Assembly (NCBI GenBank): GCA_040756235.1
Contig: JBFLZG010000036.1
Coordinates: 1 to 16,736, forward strand
Length of the DNA stretch: 16,736 nucleotides
Source: a bacterium
Lineage (GTDB): Bacteria > Desulfobacterota > DSWW01
Direction: 5' to 3'
Position 1 is the first letter of the stretch. The number at the start of each line of letters is the position of its first letter. A program made the position numbers and the translations under genes. The notes below the pieces were generated by a model that saw only the letters and a list, made by a program, of their open reading frames with translations, did no database searches and had not been told where the DNA came from. Positions 15,325 through 16,736 of the stretch are shown here, in pieces.

Positions 15325-16448
15325 CCCCTCTTCCCTCCTCCTATCATCTCCAGAAACGCCTCGATCCGTGTCTTGTCCTGGCCCGTGCCGTGGAGCGTAT
15401 ACTCCCTATCCAGAATCAAGAGGGGGATGTCGAGTTCCCTTAAGTCACGTTTCAACCACATCGTTTCTCCCGACCACAGCGTGCAATACATCATTCTCTC
15501 GAAGATGATACCATCCACATCGTGGTCGCGAGCCATCTGACGGATGAGCTCCAGTCTCTTGGTCTCGGTCTGAGGCATTCTCGGGCATGTGGTCCGGCCC
15601 AAATATGACGTAGCGATTCCTTCAAAGGGATCACCGCCGCAGCCGATGTCATCCCAAACCGTCAACACCCCGAAGCACGACACATCCGCGACGATCGCGG
15701 CGCCCAGGGACTCTATGAATTCCGTGTACGATAGGTCATCCAAGCAGTTTCCAATCAGCATGACCCGCAGACGCGATTCAGTGGTCCGTTCCTCCATGCT
15801 TGCTGAATGGATGGTTGCCTGCAGCAGACCGATGTAATCTTCCACAGGCATGGAACTTGATAACGCGACCAGAGCCTGCACCTCAGCGCCGCAAAGCGAA
15901 CGGGTCCGATCGCGCCGTAACGCATAGAGCTCTCTTATCAGGCGCCGCATTTCGTCGTATAATCTGACCGACTCGCGCATTTTCTCTTCGGTAACCGCGG
16001 TGCCGAGAAAATCCCCCAGACGACCGGCCAATATCTTAAGCTCCTCTGCAAACCATTGAACCGCTGCCGCATTCGATTTGTAGGGGACGCTTACATAATG
16101 AAAAAAGCCGGGATTCAGCTTATGACGCCAGTTATCACACATCCGCCGCATGCACTCGCAGGTATTCATGGAAACCAGGCCGTCCAGAAAAGCATATTCT
16201 CCCCTCAATCCAAGGTCCAGGCAACTGCGGCAAAAGGAACAAGTGATTCGGGCCATGAATCCGTCGGCCAAATCCGTCTCATAACTTCCCCCCGACCTGA
16301 TTCGATAAGGGACTGCGCCTGCCGCACGGATCAATTCACGCGGGATATAGGAGCAGACGTAACCGATCACGGGTCTACCGCTGGCTTTCCAGCCACTCAC
16401 ATACGGATTTGAGATGGACCTTGCCAGATCCATGACTCTTTCCAACAT
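15321..16448 (-). CDS. 2-hydroxyacyl-CoA dehydratase family subunit (HgdB/FldC/BcrC/BzdN-like, Fe-S), about 375 aa
   Basis: Motifs WKASGRPVIGYVCSYIPRELIRAAG..PYRI, TCSFCRSC, NTCECMRR, CPRM, VDGII....MYC and GQDKTRIEAFLEMI. ATG 16448 is preferred over 16505 because AAGGAGG lies 6 nt upstream. Confidence 0.88.
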   Translation of the reverse strand: MLERVMDLARSISNPYVSGWKASGRPVIGYVCSYIPRELIRAAGAVPYRIRSGGSYETDLADGFMARITCSFCRSCLDLGLRGEYAFLDGLVSMNTCECMRRMCDNWRHKLNPGFFHYVSVPYKSNAAAVQWFAEELKILAGRLGDFLGTAVTEEKMRESVRLYDEMRRLIRELYALRRDRTRSLCGAEVQALVALSSSMPVEDYIGLLQATIHSASMEERTTESRLRVMLIGNCLDDLSYTEFIESLGAAIVADVSCFGVLTVWDDIGCGGDPFEGIATSYLGRTTCPRMPQTETKRLELIRQMARDHDVDGIIFERMMYCTLWSGETMWLKRDLRELDIPLLILDREYTLHGTGQDKTRIEAFLEMIGGGKRG

Positions 16449-16605
16449 GTTGACCCTCCTTACCTCACTTCCTTGGCGTATAGTCTCTAGGGAAACGGTA
16501 CTCATTTTTGTAGGTCTCGGTAAGGAGTCCTCTCATCTCCGTCTCCTCCCGCATCATGATCTGTAATGCGTCCTCAGTCCTGGCACTTGCAGGCGCGCCC
16601 CTCAT

Positions 16606-16736
16606 CTAGCAGCCCGTTGAAAATGTGCTCTTCGCAGGATCCAGGCGTGCGTTCTCGTGTATAGCCGAAGGCAGCGCCCTCAATACGATGACTGAAGCAG
16701 AAAACCTGCCCTCGACTCCATGAGGCTGCTGAACCG
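16606..16736. mobile_element. Possible left end of an IS/MITE-like element running off the window
   Basis: CTAG (16606-16609) is followed by CAGCCCGTTGAAAA, which resembles IS terminal repeats and the end motif at 69-84. No transposase is visible. Confidence 0.3.

Noticed and set aside
6618..16412. Numerous + strand ORFs opposite the catabolic genes (e.g. 9038..10297, 13822..14775)
   Set aside because: They are antisense shadows of well-supported - strand genes and show no domain motifs.
13157..16448. Calling the trio a class I benzoyl-CoA reductase
   Set aside because: Only one ATPase subunit gene is present, whereas class I enzymes use two, and no dienoyl-CoA hydratase or ring-hydrolase genes are in the window.

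Overview
This window comes from a GC-rich bacterium, probably an anaerobe (deltaproteobacterial-like, inferred from gene content), and holds two convergent blocks. The + strand block (225-6339) is a signalling trio: a KaiB-family protein, a PAS-PAS-GAF HisKA_3 histidine kinase and a CheB-CheR-PAS fusion that ends without an output domain. No kaiC, chemoreceptor or response regulator is present in the window. The - strand block (16448 down to 6588) is an anaerobic catabolic cluster. It encodes two 2-hydroxyacyl-CoA dehydratase/benzoyl-CoA reductase-type subunits with their ATP-dependent activase, an SDR, a corrinoid protein, a UROD-fold methyltransferase, an ICL/PEP-mutase-family lyase, and EtfA then EtfB. 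Between the lyase and etfA lies a scar of about 800 bp. It contains a cooC-like fragment fused in frame to an ilvB-like C-terminus, a clipped hairpin, a 281-bp CTAG-bounded MITE-like element with a nested REP-like doublet, and the C-terminal stub of a flavin oxidoreductase. IS-like end motifs occur at both edges of the window. The most interesting signal is that the KaiB-linked kinase carries the same (N/E)EEL heptad tract as the CheBR fusion, which suggests methylation control of a Kai-linked kinase in trans.
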